This document shows, in pieces, positions 15,771-26,470 of a stretch of 64,000 bases of DNA. The DNA lies in IMG/VR virus record IMGVR_UViG_3300029305_003192; one strand, given 5' to 3'. Each line of letters begins with the position of its first letter. Positions within the stretch are counted from its first letter, which is position 1. This DNA comes from a virus. Lineage: Duplodnaviria > Caudoviricetes. The notes under the pieces were generated by a model. The model worked only from the letters and a program-made list of their open reading frames with translations, was not told where the DNA came from and searched no databases. The position numbers were made by a program, and so were the translations under genes.

Positions 15771-18539
15771 TTATTTACTCTTAATCAAGTCACGCTTGAT
15801 GGAGTTAACTATCTTACGGAGACCAGATACATACTGGGCAAAGTTCTTAACATCCTGACGGGATATATGATCGTTATCGCCCACAAGCTTACCGAGTCGT
15901 ACATTGAGCTTTCTGCAGTTATCGTTAAGAAGCTTCTTACCAGCTGCTACGGTCTTATTGAATTCCTTAGTATCTTCCTTAGTCTTATCGCCAGATTCGT
16001 ACTTAGAATAAGCTGAGATAATAGCGTTAGCGGCTTCATTGAACTTAGTGCTCTCATTCTTGATTACTTCAAGATACTTATCACAATCTTCGACTGTAGT
16101 AAGCTGTCTTCTGAGAGTTGGTTCGGTATGAGCAAGTAATTTCTCAACCTCCGTAGAATCCTTGGACTTATTAAATACTGCCGATTCGTTAGCTATGGAT
16201 TCTTTGGCAGAGCTCGATTTCCGGTCGCGCTTACCTATAAACTGAATACCGTATAAGTATCCATCAAATCCCATATCGACCAAATCTATCTGGTACTCAT
16301 TCTGTATATCTAGACTGGATAATGCTTCGCTCAATGCTTCACGAAGAGGTTTAAATCTAGGAGTGTTTTCAACCATCGATAATTTAACATTGTTAGTGGA
16401 TATGATAGGTATAACACGATATTTCTTAGCATAAGAAATATCGACAGATTTTACGACCAAATTTACTGATTGTAGGCTGCTACGAAAAGTACTCTGCAGT
16501 CTTTCGAACTGAGCGGCAGTGTATAATTTGCGTTTCTTTTCAAGGTTCTTGACCAACCCGTCGATAGTCCGCTTATCCGCATCGCTTACCGCAGCAATAC
16601 ACTTATTGCCAACATCCTTAAATATTGCCATATCGGAACTATCTGTAATTTCTCCGAGCCTTTTAGCAGTGTTTATGATACCATTTCTATTCTGCTTAGC
16701 ATCTACTGCATCTATAATATATGCAACGGCTTGATCTCCTGGAAGCCCATGGTGCATGACCCTTGCTACTTTCCTAGCGGTAGCACCCTCCATAGCCGCA
16801 GCTTCCTTGGCTTCCTGAATATTGTCGGTCATAGTGCCCTTGTCAACAGGTTTAACGTCTTCGGTGTGCTTTTCGTCGATATCTTTGACATCGTCGCGGA
16901 GTGTCATATAGAGCCAGTTATTCTTCTTATCATATGTCTTGAATCCATATGTCTTGAAGATACCAATGGCTTTCTTATTATCGATATGAACCTTGAGGTC
17001 TGTAGCATGGAACTTTCTTACAGCTACATCAAGAAGCTGGAATGAGAGCTTCTTACCTCTGAACTTCTTAACTACCTCAAGTGTGTCAATCCATACCTTA
17101 TCAGAACGGATATCGATTGAGATAAATGCAGCAAGCTCTTTCTGCCAGAAGTACATACACCCTCTGAGCTTCTCCGCATTCTTATCAACCTTCTTAAGCT
17201 GGTCATATTCATCCTGATATTTCTTAAGCGCATCGTCGTTCATATGAACGCAATACATAGACTTCAGTGAGATTGGTTCTTCCGGATCTTCCTGATAGTC
17301 TCTTCTGAGATTAGTAGCGATTGATTCGAAAGCCGGGTCAACATGGTTGTCGTCAGACATTTCGAATAATCCTTCAAATAAATCGTTCATTGTTTCATCC
17401 CCTCCTGCGGCAGATTCTTTAGCATCTGATATGGCTTTAGCACCTTTAATATGAAAATCTACAGTAATACGACGGCTCTCGTAGCTATCGAGTGTATCCA
17501 CATCCATTTTGATCGATTTACCACTGTTGGATTTTTGTATCTTGTATAACTCTTCCAATATTTCATCTTCAATCGGTTCACTTAACTTATAAAATGTATC
17601 GAAGTATTCGTCATCCCTCTGATCACCGGATGCGTACCACGCTACAATACTAATTGTGTAGTGGCCGAGAACATCCTCTCGATATTTAGAATACCACGTA
17701 ATATTATTTACAATGGGTAATTTACCATCAAATGATAAATTATCAGCATAATCAAACTCGTAGTCTTTTGGAAGCTTCGACTTATACTTAGATACTACAC
17801 GATGTACCATCGACATTATCTTTGGGTATATCGGTTTTATACCTTCACACAGATCCTTCTCATAGAGTGCTTTCTCAGCATCTTCCAACTTACTTAGGTT
17901 TTCGTCCTTCCTCTTCTGCTGTCGCTCTTCTTTAGTGGAAAATATGCGGTCAATGGCTTTATCGAAGAGCCCCTCCATAGCAACACTTTCTTTAGCGGCT
18001 TTGGATTTCTTATATTTGAGCACGTAAATATACTTACCTACTTCCATACTATCCATCTCGCAATTTGGATATTTCTTCTCAAGTTCACCCTTTATCAACT
18101 TATAGAAGTCGTATCCATAATTGGTAAGTCCGCCACTTACATTAGTTATATCGGATGTTGCGGTAACAACTGGAGCCCAGTGTTCATCACGCATCTTATC
18201 GTCGCTAATAGACGCATTGAAATCGAAATTAGCAATATTGCTCTTTAGAATTTTATCGTTCTTACCCAGCTTAACGATACCCTTGTTTAATCGGTCCTTT
18301 ACAATATCTGGAGCCATTGATTTAAACTTAGACCTGCACCATTTAGCAGCCTCTTTGAGCTCTCTAAGCTCATCATTGGTAAGCTGACCAGCCTTATCGG
18401 CATCAATTGTATGTACCACGTGAGCAATGCCGGCTCCACCGACTCTTGCCACTGTAGTAGCAGCCATCATTTCTAAACCTTCGGTAGCTGGTTCAATGTA
18501 TATGTCAAATAACTCGTCAAGAGACGAATAATCGTTCAT
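15771..18539 (-). CDS. Putative head-packaged polyprotein containing a GNAT acetyltransferase domain
   Basis: 922 aa; WIDTLEVVKKFRGKKLSFQLL...NKKAIGIFKTYGF GNAT motifs; modules separated by ATEG/AKES/AMEG/AFES/ANES. Confidence 0.7.
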   Translation of the reverse strand: MNDYSSLDELFDIYIEPATEGLEMMAATTVARVGGAGIAHVVHTIDADKAGQLTNDELRELKEAAKWCRSKFKSMAPDIVKDRLNKGIVKLGKNDKILKSNIANFDFNASISDDKMRDEHWAPVVTATSDITNVSGGLTNYGYDFYKLIKGELEKKYPNCEMDSMEVGKYIYVLKYKKSKAAKESVAMEGLFDKAIDRIFSTKEERQQKRKDENLSKLEDAEKALYEKDLCEGIKPIYPKIMSMVHRVVSKYKSKLPKDYEFDYADNLSFDGKLPIVNNITWYSKYREDVLGHYTISIVAWYASGDQRDDEYFDTFYKLSEPIEDEILEELYKIQKSNSGKSIKMDVDTLDSYESRRITVDFHIKGAKAISDAKESAAGGDETMNDLFEGLFEMSDDNHVDPAFESIATNLRRDYQEDPEEPISLKSMYCVHMNDDALKKYQDEYDQLKKVDKNAEKLRGCMYFWQKELAAFISIDIRSDKVWIDTLEVVKKFRGKKLSFQLLDVAVRKFHATDLKVHIDNKKAIGIFKTYGFKTYDKKNNWLYMTLRDDVKDIDEKHTEDVKPVDKGTMTDNIQEAKEAAAMEGATARKVARVMHHGLPGDQAVAYIIDAVDAKQNRNGIINTAKRLGEITDSSDMAIFKDVGNKCIAAVSDADKRTIDGLVKNLEKKRKLYTAAQFERLQSTFRSSLQSVNLVVKSVDISYAKKYRVIPIISTNNVKLSMVENTPRFKPLREALSEALSSLDIQNEYQIDLVDMGFDGYLYGIQFIGKRDRKSSSAKESIANESAVFNKSKDSTEVEKLLAHTEPTLRRQLTTVEDCDKYLEVIKNESTKFNEAANAIISAYSKYESGDKTKEDTKEFNKTVAAGKKLLNDNCRKLNVRLGKLVGDNDHISRQDVKNFAQYVSGLRKIVNSIKRDLIKSK

Positions 18540-18604
18540 TTGGGTTTCACCTCTTCTTTCTAATAGATTATATATTATACAGGTGTCTTAAGGAGGCGAT
18601 AATT

Positions 18605-19663
18605 ATGGATACTTCTATCAAAGAAGAAATCATTCAGCAACTAAGTCAGTTGCCAGTATATAATATCTCATCTAATGGTATTCAGCATACTGTTAGATGC
18701 CCATATTGTGGGGACTCAAACAATCCCACACATGGTCATTTCTCGATTCGAATCGACCCAAATGACCCCCTAGACCCAATGTTATATAGCTGTTTCAAGT
18801 GCCCCTCTTCAGGGATTCTTACAGCTCAGACATTAACGGACCTGGGTCTGGTTATAGATAGCTCCATCTTGTCTGGACTATCAAAGATATCTCAGGCATC
18901 ATCAAGAGTGCATAAGATAACTATGATAAAGACTGAGCAGTTAGAGGTACCGGTTGTCAGTCCAAGTGAAGTAGCACTGAATAATCTTGATTATATTAAC
19001 ACTAGACTCGGTACTAATTATACTGTAACCGAATGTGCTGCTATGGACATTATACTTGACTTACATCAGTTCATGCGACATAATAAGATACAGTCATTGT
19101 ATATGGGTAACCCGATATCGGACGCATTGATTAACTTCATAACGTATCATTACGTAGGCTTCATAAGCAAGAATCGCAATACTATAGCATTCAGATACAA
19201 TGGTATCAATGCAGATAAGTTCGATGAGCAGCCGAAGAGGTGGGTCAAATGTAAAGTCAATCCAAAAAATATGGATACCAACTCATTCTATTCACCACCA
19301 GCTACTATTGACATCTTATATACGCACCCAATCAATATTCATATTGCTGAAGGTCCGATGGATATACTGTCGATAATGCAAAACTGTAGAATCACTGATA
19401 GTGATGATTACTTTTACGCAGTATGTGGATTTGGATATAGTGCGATACTTACTAACATAATCCGTATGGGACTTAATACGGGTCTCAATTTACACATATA
19501 TGCAGACGGTGATAAGACTGATGGTGAGATACTTTACCAACTAAATAAGTCCAAGCTATTAGACTGGGTAGAGCACCTCTATATTCATCGTAATGGTACA
19601 GGTGAGAAGGATTTCGGAGTACCGGCGGACAAAATAAAGAATACCTATAGGAAGGTATTCTAA
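18605..19663 (+). CDS. DNA primase (Zn finger + TOPRIM)
   Basis: RCPYCGDS...YSCFKC zinc finger; AEGPMD and YADGD TOPRIM motifs. Confidence 0.85.
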   Translation: MDTSIKEEIIQQLSQLPVYNISSNGIQHTVRCPYCGDSNNPTHGHFSIRIDPNDPLDPMLYSCFKCPSSGILTAQTLTDLGLVIDSSILSGLSKISQASSRVHKITMIKTEQLEVPVVSPSEVALNNLDYINTRLGTNYTVTECAAMDIILDLHQFMRHNKIQSLYMGNPISDALINFITYHYVGFISKNRNTIAFRYNGINADKFDEQPKRWVKCKVNPKNMDTNSFYSPPATIDILYTHPINIHIAEGPMDILSIMQNCRITDSDDYFYAVCGFGYSAILTNIIRMGLNTGLNLHIYADGDKTDGEILYQLNKSKLLDWVEHLYIHRNGTGEKDFGVPADKIKNTYRKVF

Positions 19664-19707
19664 ACAGATAATCCCACAAGCCACATGGCTTGTGGGATAT
19701 TTTTTTG

Positions 19708-20292
19708 TTATTCTGTAGCTTCAGCTGGTTCGGTTGTGGTAGTCTCAGTTTCTTCTGGGATAGTTTCTTCACCCTTTTCCTGAGCTTCTGCGTTTGTAGC
19801 TTCTTCAGCAGCCTTAGCAGCTCTTGCTGCAGCTTCTGCTTCTCTCTGCTGTCTTGCAAGTCTCTTTCTTTCGTTCTTGGAGAGACCGTTGGGGATAATA
19901 TTAACAGGAGATGCCTCTGTAGGTGTCTCAACAGCCTTGGATGTATCAACCGGCATATCAGGTGTAAGCTGGGATACGGCCTTAGCAGTACCAGTAACAG
20001 GTGTACCTGTGATGGCGTTATTAAGTGCTTCGCTTGTAAGGTCCTTCTTATCAGGATTGAAGCGGTCGCGGTCATTGAAGTTAGCAGTTGTAAGCTTGAT
20101 AGACTTAACGGACGCCTTATCAACTGGTGTAGGGTATTCCTTTACATTATATCCGCCGTATACGAGCTTCTTAACGAGGTCTTCGCTAAAATATCTCGCA
20201 CTTACGATTGGACCATACATCTTGAGAGGGGCAATCCAATCGATATTGTGTACGGTAATGAGTCTTGTCTTTGTATTAGCCATGATAATCAT
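19708..20292 (-). CDS. Hypothetical protein with Ala/Glu/Thr-rich tail
   Basis: 194-aa ORF with AAAGGA SD. Confidence 0.7.
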   Translation of the reverse strand: MIIMANTKTRLITVHNIDWIAPLKMYGPIVSARYFSEDLVKKLVYGGYNVKEYPTPVDKASVKSIKLTTANFNDRDRFNPDKKDLTSEALNNAITGTPVTGTAKAVSQLTPDMPVDTSKAVETPTEASPVNIIPNGLSKNERKRLARQQREAEAAARAAKAAEEATNAEAQEKGEETIPEETETTTTEPAEATE

Positions 20293-20304
20293 TCCTTTCT
20301 TTTA

Positions 20305-21711
20305 TTAACCCTCGTAGCCCGGAGGACATTTCACATATACGCCATATGTCTTAGGGGCAATCTTCTTATCGAGAACCGCTCTACGCAGTTTCTGCAGAGA
20401 TTCCTTGGTAGACTTAATCTTAGCATCGTACTTGTGATAGTCACCATTCTGTCTACAAGAGTCTTCGAAGTAGTTAAGCTGGTCTATCTTATGATAGATA
20501 AGGTCGAGCACATATGCTCTATCATAATGGTTTTCGATTTTGTCAATCTCAATCCATATATCGTCGATTGCGTAATCGGATGGAAGCACAGCTCTCTTTT
20601 TCTTCTTCAAGAAAGCTTCAAGTGCAACTTCATCACTTGTACCATATGCTTCAGCAGAAGCAATCTCGATAGCAGCTGTTCTTGGATTAGAACCTGTGAA
20701 TGTGTAAGACTCCATTGCTGCCTGGAGGGTATACTCACCCTTATCGATATTATCGATTACACTTTCCATAGCAATGAGCTTATTAGTATAGCGGTCCTTA
20801 AGACCATAACCACACTGAGCACAGATGTTGAGGATAGCGAATCTCATAGAGTAGCTTGTAGCACGTGCTGCTCTGTTAATAAGTTCAGCCTGGAGCTGTC
20901 CTCTTCTTCTCATAATATCCTTGATATTGATATTGCACCAGTTGACGTCCACGTGTACTTCATGACGACGAACGTCACTATTTCTAAGCACCGTAGTGCC
21001 GTATCTGGCAATGATCTTATTGATTGCATTGTAATATATCTCCCTGTTAATCTGTGGTGTAGGAATCTCCTCACCACAGCCATTTTCGGAAGTGTAATTA
21101 CAATTGGTTGCTACTGTTGGTGCAGTCGGATTAGCAAGCTCTGAATTGAGTGCAACGTATGCCTGAATACCAGTCATAGCAGTGATGAGTGGAATAGTAT
21201 AGAAGATGCTGACAAGTCTAGCAACATTGGCAGTATGAATCATTGTCAGATACGAGTTAGTTGTCATAAACTCATCAAATACTACATGTAGTGGTATGCC
21301 ATCCATAGTGTAATTGATCTGTGCTTTGATAAGCTCCCATATTTCATCTGGGGTAAAGTTGATAACAGTATTATCAAGCATATTCTTATCGATCTCGATG
21401 ATGATACGACAAATCTTTCCCCACTCAGGGAATATCTTGCCGAAGTTTCTATCAGCGAACTTACGGAGAATTGGAGTCATCTCGGATAATTCTGGATATA
21501 CACTGATACCAGAGAAGCCGTTCTTCGGGTCGATGATTTTGATAGTCACATTATATTTTTTGCTATCATCCTTAGTTGAAGACATCAGGTCCATATACTG
21601 AGCGATATGAAATCCGAGATCGGAGTTAACCGCACATTCATCCAGGTTAGATATAGCATTCTTGATTCTTTCAATTACGCCTGCCATAGAAGCAGAATCC
21701 ATAGTTATCAT
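20305..21711 (-). CDS. Putative head structural protein
   Basis: Late-type promoter 21738-21749; AMES x2 and ALEA sites. Confidence 0.55.
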   Translation of the reverse strand: MITMDSASMAGVIERIKNAISNLDECAVNSDLGFHIAQYMDLMSSTKDDSKKYNVTIKIIDPKNGFSGISVYPELSEMTPILRKFADRNFGKIFPEWGKICRIIIEIDKNMLDNTVINFTPDEIWELIKAQINYTMDGIPLHVVFDEFMTTNSYLTMIHTANVARLVSIFYTIPLITAMTGIQAYVALNSELANPTAPTVATNCNYTSENGCGEEIPTPQINREIYYNAINKIIARYGTTVLRNSDVRRHEVHVDVNWCNINIKDIMRRRGQLQAELINRAARATSYSMRFAILNICAQCGYGLKDRYTNKLIAMESVIDNIDKGEYTLQAAMESYTFTGSNPRTAAIEIASAEAYGTSDEVALEAFLKKKKRAVLPSDYAIDDIWIEIDKIENHYDRAYVLDLIYHKIDQLNYFEDSCRQNGDYHKYDAKIKSTKESLQKLRRAVLDKKIAPKTYGVYVKCPPGYEG

Positions 21712-21829
21712 TCCTTTCTATAAGGTATTATAGCGATTACTAAGCTGTTTCGGGAAGGGCTCAAGTTAACAAAAAAAAATGACAGAGGGTTGAGCAACGA
21801 CCCTCTGTCAAAACGGAGAAAATGTAGGA

Positions 21830-21934
21830 GGACATATCACGGTTGGAAGGCAAAATGATAATTTGTGTTGTAGCGACCCCTAATGTCAATAATCGCATAC
21901 AAGTAGGAGATATTTAATCCAACCGCTAATGTCC
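21830..21934 (-). ncRNA. Candidate structured 3'-UTR RNA
   Basis: GGACAT/ATGTCC and CGGTTGGA/TCCAACCG nested stems just before terminator 21780-21810. Confidence 0.4.
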
Positions 21935-21955
21935 CATATAGAATATATACGCGAA

Positions 21956-22870
21956 TTAGAGGTTCGTGTGAATGGATTCCACAATGCTTTCTATACGTTC
22001 CTTTAGCTTGCTCTCGATTGCATCTACCATGAAGTCTACCAACAATCCTCTCTTACGGAACTCGTCAGTCAATGCACGTTTCATATCATTATATATAGTA
22101 GCCACTGGAGTCGTTTCCCTAGTATAACCACACGTATCGGCAACGCATTGTACGGCAAGTATCGCCGATCTTAATATTGAATCATATGTATCATCATCAC
22201 CGGGCAATTTTAATCCCGTATATTGAAACCTAGATACTATATCCGGTTGAGTCATGACTCTGTTAAATATCCTACCAGCCATGGTACAGCACCTATCAGT
22301 TTCATCATCATACATGAGGGTACCACCCATCCACCAAGGTTTTAATTTATATCCAAATGCAACAGCGACGGAACTATTCAACGACATTCTCATGAATAGT
22401 AACACATCGTTCGATAATGGTGGCACCGAATTGCGTATAGTTTCATCGAATAATTTCTCAACATTCTGTAGGTTGAGGTCTATTCGTGGCTCGTCTACAT
22501 ATACACCGTCATATTCATCGTCGTCATCGATATGATCATTTGATATTGGAGTATTTATTGGTTCGGGGTCACACCCGAAGCGTATCATTAATGGTATGGG
22601 CTCAGAAGTTCTACCATCACAGTAGCTGTCTTTGATTATGAATATTGCACCTTCGTCAAGCGCGCCGGATAATGTTATTCTGCGTGTTATTGTCTCGTGC
22701 GGTTTATTAGTACCCATCCATACAATTGTACCAGTATCCTCATCAGACCCGAAGAACTCATGTATGTTATGTATGATAAGCTGACTCAGGTAGATTTTAA
22801 TCTCGAATTCTTCATCGTAATAAATAGGAGTTTCGTTAATTACAATAGGCTCTGCGTTTGTTTTAATCAT
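21956..22870 (-). CDS. Hypothetical protein
   Basis: 304-aa ORF, GGAGG SD. Confidence 0.75.
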   Translation of the reverse strand: MIKTNAEPIVINETPIYYDEEFEIKIYLSQLIIHNIHEFFGSDEDTGTIVWMGTNKPHETITRRITLSGALDEGAIFIIKDSYCDGRTSEPIPLMIRFGCDPEPINTPISNDHIDDDDEYDGVYVDEPRIDLNLQNVEKLFDETIRNSVPPLSNDVLLFMRMSLNSSVAVAFGYKLKPWWMGGTLMYDDETDRCCTMAGRIFNRVMTQPDIVSRFQYTGLKLPGDDDTYDSILRSAILAVQCVADTCGYTRETTPVATIYNDMKRALTDEFRKRGLLVDFMVDAIESKLKERIESIVESIHTNL

Positions 22871-23047
22871 AGTTAAACCTCCATAAAATAAAGTATATAC
22901 CCCGGAATCCTGTGGACGGATTCCGGGGTTTGATCAAAGGAGATGCTCTTGCCACTTTATGGCATTTTCGCTTTCGGTAAAGTGAAAATCAAGCAGTTAA
23001 TACGATTATGTCAGCTCGTATTTACATACTTGTTACAATTCGATTAT

Positions 23048-24646
23048 TTATATAATGAGCAGGAATGTCTCGAATTCATCGATGATAATATCGATGTCGA
23101 TGTCATCATTACTATGCTCATGAATAGCTGGGTCCATATCGACCCAAGTGAATGACGAATTGATGATAGTGGAAAGTATCTTCCTAATAGGCGAATCCTT
23201 AGGATTCAGCTGTTCGACATATTTGAACTTATTCTTCAGTACATGCTGGAAGTGAGCTGACTGCTCATACTTCTCAGTGAAGCGTCTGTTCTTAATAACG
23301 TTCTCCTTGAAGCGTCCACGTACTGTAGCAGTACATATCTGTGGAAGCAGAACCATTCCCTTATGCTGAAGGAATTTCTTGAGAACGATTGTAAGGTAAA
23401 CTATATCCTTCTTGGTGAGAAGGTTGATAGCAGTTGTATCATGGAAGAAGTTAGAGTAGAACATGTGAAGCAATCTCTGGATGAGAGAATTCAACACGAT
23501 ATTCTCCATATAGAAATCAAACTCTTCCTGTGGTATGTGTATGTTGAAGTTCCTTCTGATATTCTTCATAACCTTCTCGGAACTTGCCTTAGTGACGATA
23601 GGATTGGATTCATTCCTACGATAGATGCTCATTTCAATAGCCTCTGAACGTGAGAGGAAGTCATCATCATCCCTTACCAGGTCTTCAGCAGCAAGCTCAA
23701 CTGGTTTAGATGGGAACTTCTCATTTTTGAATTGCATATAGTTCTTAAGGATGATACCATCGAAATATGATACGATGGACTGCTCATAGTCAATCTTATA
23801 TAAGCTCTTGACAACGATTACTTTGTTGATAAGGTCATCGAGATATGTCTCGATGTTATCACCGTGAATCTGCTGCTTCTTAGCAAGCATTGACCTGTCG
23901 CTACCACATCTCTTAAGAATACGGTATTCTACGAAGTTACAGAGTGCACCGTAGATGGGAATACTACGCTGCTCGAACTTCTTAATGATGTCCATAAAGA
24001 TACTGATGAAGCAAGGAATATAACCGGTCTTCGTAGTAATGGTAGGGCTTACGTTAGTGAAGTGAATACAAGCGGGCATAATGAGTCTAATAGCAAATGA
24101 TATTGCTAAGATAACACTCGCATGCTCGTTTGTAATCTTCGGAGTAGAACGATAGCTACCATTCTTATCAGTATCAATAATTGGAATGTAGAGGTCATCA
24201 ACCATCTTCTGGATATTATCCATGAACTGCTCGGTCATAATTCTTTCGAGAATAAATGCCTTGAGTGATTCAGTGGTGAGGACCGATGTCTTGGTGTCAA
24301 TAATATACTTCAGTGAAAGATATGCCATAACGAATTCCTTGTCAGTATCGTAATACTTGATGAAGTAATTCATATGTGCGAGAATATCAGGCATTCTCTT
24401 TACGAAGTGCTTGAGGATGATATGATATGTACAGAGACTTTCAAGGTACTCTGGGTCAATATCATGGTCATCGAAGAGCTTGTCAAATCTTGCGATTATA
24501 ACATTCTCTTCATGGAAGAAGAATAAATCTTCCTTGTCGGGCTGCCAATAGTGAAGCTTTGGCCAGCCGTGAGGTGTAAACCTCTCTTCTGCAGTAGGTT
24601 CGTATGTATCTACTACTTCCTGCTGCTCGATGTTTTCATTAGCCAT
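23048..24646 (-). CDS. Putative non-virion RNAP promoter-specificity subunit (phiKZ gp68/AR9 gp226-like)
   Basis: 532-aa helical protein; HASVILAISFAIRLIMP segment recalls the gp68-family helix; size fits; from memory only. Confidence 0.5.
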   Translation of the reverse strand: MANENIEQQEVVDTYEPTAEERFTPHGWPKLHYWQPDKEDLFFFHEENVIIARFDKLFDDHDIDPEYLESLCTYHIILKHFVKRMPDILAHMNYFIKYYDTDKEFVMAYLSLKYIIDTKTSVLTTESLKAFILERIMTEQFMDNIQKMVDDLYIPIIDTDKNGSYRSTPKITNEHASVILAISFAIRLIMPACIHFTNVSPTITTKTGYIPCFISIFMDIIKKFEQRSIPIYGALCNFVEYRILKRCGSDRSMLAKKQQIHGDNIETYLDDLINKVIVVKSLYKIDYEQSIVSYFDGIILKNYMQFKNEKFPSKPVELAAEDLVRDDDDFLSRSEAIEMSIYRRNESNPIVTKASSEKVMKNIRRNFNIHIPQEEFDFYMENIVLNSLIQRLLHMFYSNFFHDTTAINLLTKKDIVYLTIVLKKFLQHKGMVLLPQICTATVRGRFKENVIKNRRFTEKYEQSAHFQHVLKNKFKYVEQLNPKDSPIRKILSTIINSSFTWVDMDPAIHEHSNDDIDIDIIIDEFETFLLII

Positions 24647-24679
24647 AAGTGCAAACTCCCTTCATTAAAGTCAATGCGA

Positions 24680-25420
24680 TTATATATGCTTTACTTTATT
24701 AACCGAGCCAACTTTGGATACTCGCTGAACACGGGCAACCTTATTCTTATCGGTCGATAATGAGCCGTCTTTAGTAGTCACAACTGTCTCTTTCTTATCA
24801 CTGTGACCCTGACGCTTTTTCTTATCCTTTTCGCTACGTTTTGTACGTACCTGCATTGCCTTCTCAGGACTACGCATATACTGTACAATAGCTTCAACTC
24901 TAGGTACGTTGGTAGATTCTTTAATCTCCGAGAGTACCTGGATAGGATTAAGTTCTGTCAGGTAGAGTGCTGTGAAGTAAAGACTCTTCTCATATTTTAC
25001 GTCTTTCTTAAGCTCTTCCTCCTTCTTTGCTTTATCAGCAGGAGGTTCTAATGTTGCTTTATCGTAAAGCTGTTTAGCCCAAGGAATCAGGAATCCCTTG
25101 CGGTCAAACACCCTCGCATTCATGAATACAAATGATGGGCAGTTTGAATATACTCGGATATCATCTGTACGGAAATCCTTAAATGAACCATTCGCACGAC
25201 CAAACTGGAATTCAACCAGTACGTCATAGTTCATCTTAACCTTTTCGGATGGTATTCTTAAGTGTACAACGATACGGTTCGTTGCCTTAACAGTAAACCA
25301 TCTAGTGGCGATCTTATCTCGGACTTCTTCGTACCTTTTACGGTATTCTTCTTTCGTCTTAGCATCTGCTTTGACTTCTTTCATATACCCATTCAGTGAC
25401 AGTTTGTCCAATGATGTCAA
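24680..25420 (-). CDS. Hypothetical protein, basic C-terminus
   Basis: 246-aa ORF, alternative (TTG) start after GGGG SD. Confidence 0.7.
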   Translation of the reverse strand: MTSLDKLSLNGYMKEVKADAKTKEEYRKRYEEVRDKIATRWFTVKATNRIVVHLRIPSEKVKMNYDVLVEFQFGRANGSFKDFRTDDIRVYSNCPSFVFMNARVFDRKGFLIPWAKQLYDKATLEPPADKAKKEEELKKDVKYEKSLYFTALYLTELNPIQVLSEIKESTNVPRVEAIVQYMRSPEKAMQVRTKRSEKDKKKRQGHSDKKETVVTTKDGSLSTDKNKVARVQRVSKVGSVNKVKHI

Positions 25421-25510
25421 CCCCTTTCATTTGATATAGGTTTAAGTATTATGTCCGTGGGATAATAAAAAGCAAAAAAAATATCAGGGAAGCTAATGCT
25501 TCCCTGATAT

Positions 25511-26467
25511 TTATATGATATTGGAGTTCCCCCGATATTTATATGATATTGGTATATACTCTTTAGATAATCTAGATATATTATCGAGAATACATGTGTC
25601 ATCAACCAGTTCGGGAATATATCTATCGATACGCAAACGTGCATTCTCGGCATATTCCGACGTGTGATATATTAGTCCGTACACGTCATATATTCCACGA
25701 ATATTGTGGAATAATGGGAAATTCATTACCCACGGATACCTATTAATATCAACACCGATAACAAATCTCAATAGTTGCTTCTCATTCACTGTTAGTAAAT
25801 TAGGAAGGTGTCTTGCAGCATCCGACCAGATATCTGATAAATACTTGGAGCCTATCAGCATATTAAATGCAGTAGTACCGCACATATTCGATATTAACAT
25901 ATCATGTCTAGGGCCTTCTTTTGGAATTATGCGATCCATATTGGTAATATGACTGATGTATGCATATACCCTCTGCAAACTACAGTATGTTGCATATACT
26001 GCATGTATTACATTATTATATATCTCAGTATTCTCAGATACGGCAAATGTATTATATCCTATATCGCAGTAATGCATCAACACTGTATTGATAAATCGAA
26101 ATATAATGTCATAATCATTCTGGTTACTACATTTATCCAGTAACGGGATCAGTTTTCCGATAGATAAGAAGCTAGTCGGAATCTCACAATTCCATAATAT
26201 GATAGTAGCACCTGCCTCTTCTATATTCATGAGATTGATTCCATGCATCATAATGGCAAATACGAAATCGTCGTAATACTTTTGGGCCGGTGCCACCGAA
26301 TTCCTAATGTTCAGATTACTGATTCTTCTAATGAGGTTTTCATGGGCCATACTACCTCCGTAACAATTATACCCTATACTGAATGATACATGTTTATGAG
26401 CACACACTAACGATAAAAGAACTCTCAGATTATTATATTCAGGATGGTTCTTCCCATAATATTCCAT
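25511..26467 (-). CDS. Hypothetical protein
   Basis: 318-aa ORF in tightly packed operon. Confidence 0.75.
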   Translation of the reverse strand: MEYYGKNHPEYNNLRVLLSLVCAHKHVSFSIGYNCYGGSMAHENLIRRISNLNIRNSVAPAQKYYDDFVFAIMMHGINLMNIEEAGATIILWNCEIPTSFLSIGKLIPLLDKCSNQNDYDIIFRFINTVLMHYCDIGYNTFAVSENTEIYNNVIHAVYATYCSLQRVYAYISHITNMDRIIPKEGPRHDMLISNMCGTTAFNMLIGSKYLSDIWSDAARHLPNLLTVNEKQLLRFVIGVDINRYPWVMNFPLFHNIRGIYDVYGLIYHTSEYAENARLRIDRYIPELVDDTCILDNISRLSKEYIPISYKYRGNSNII

Positions 26468-26470
26468 AAA

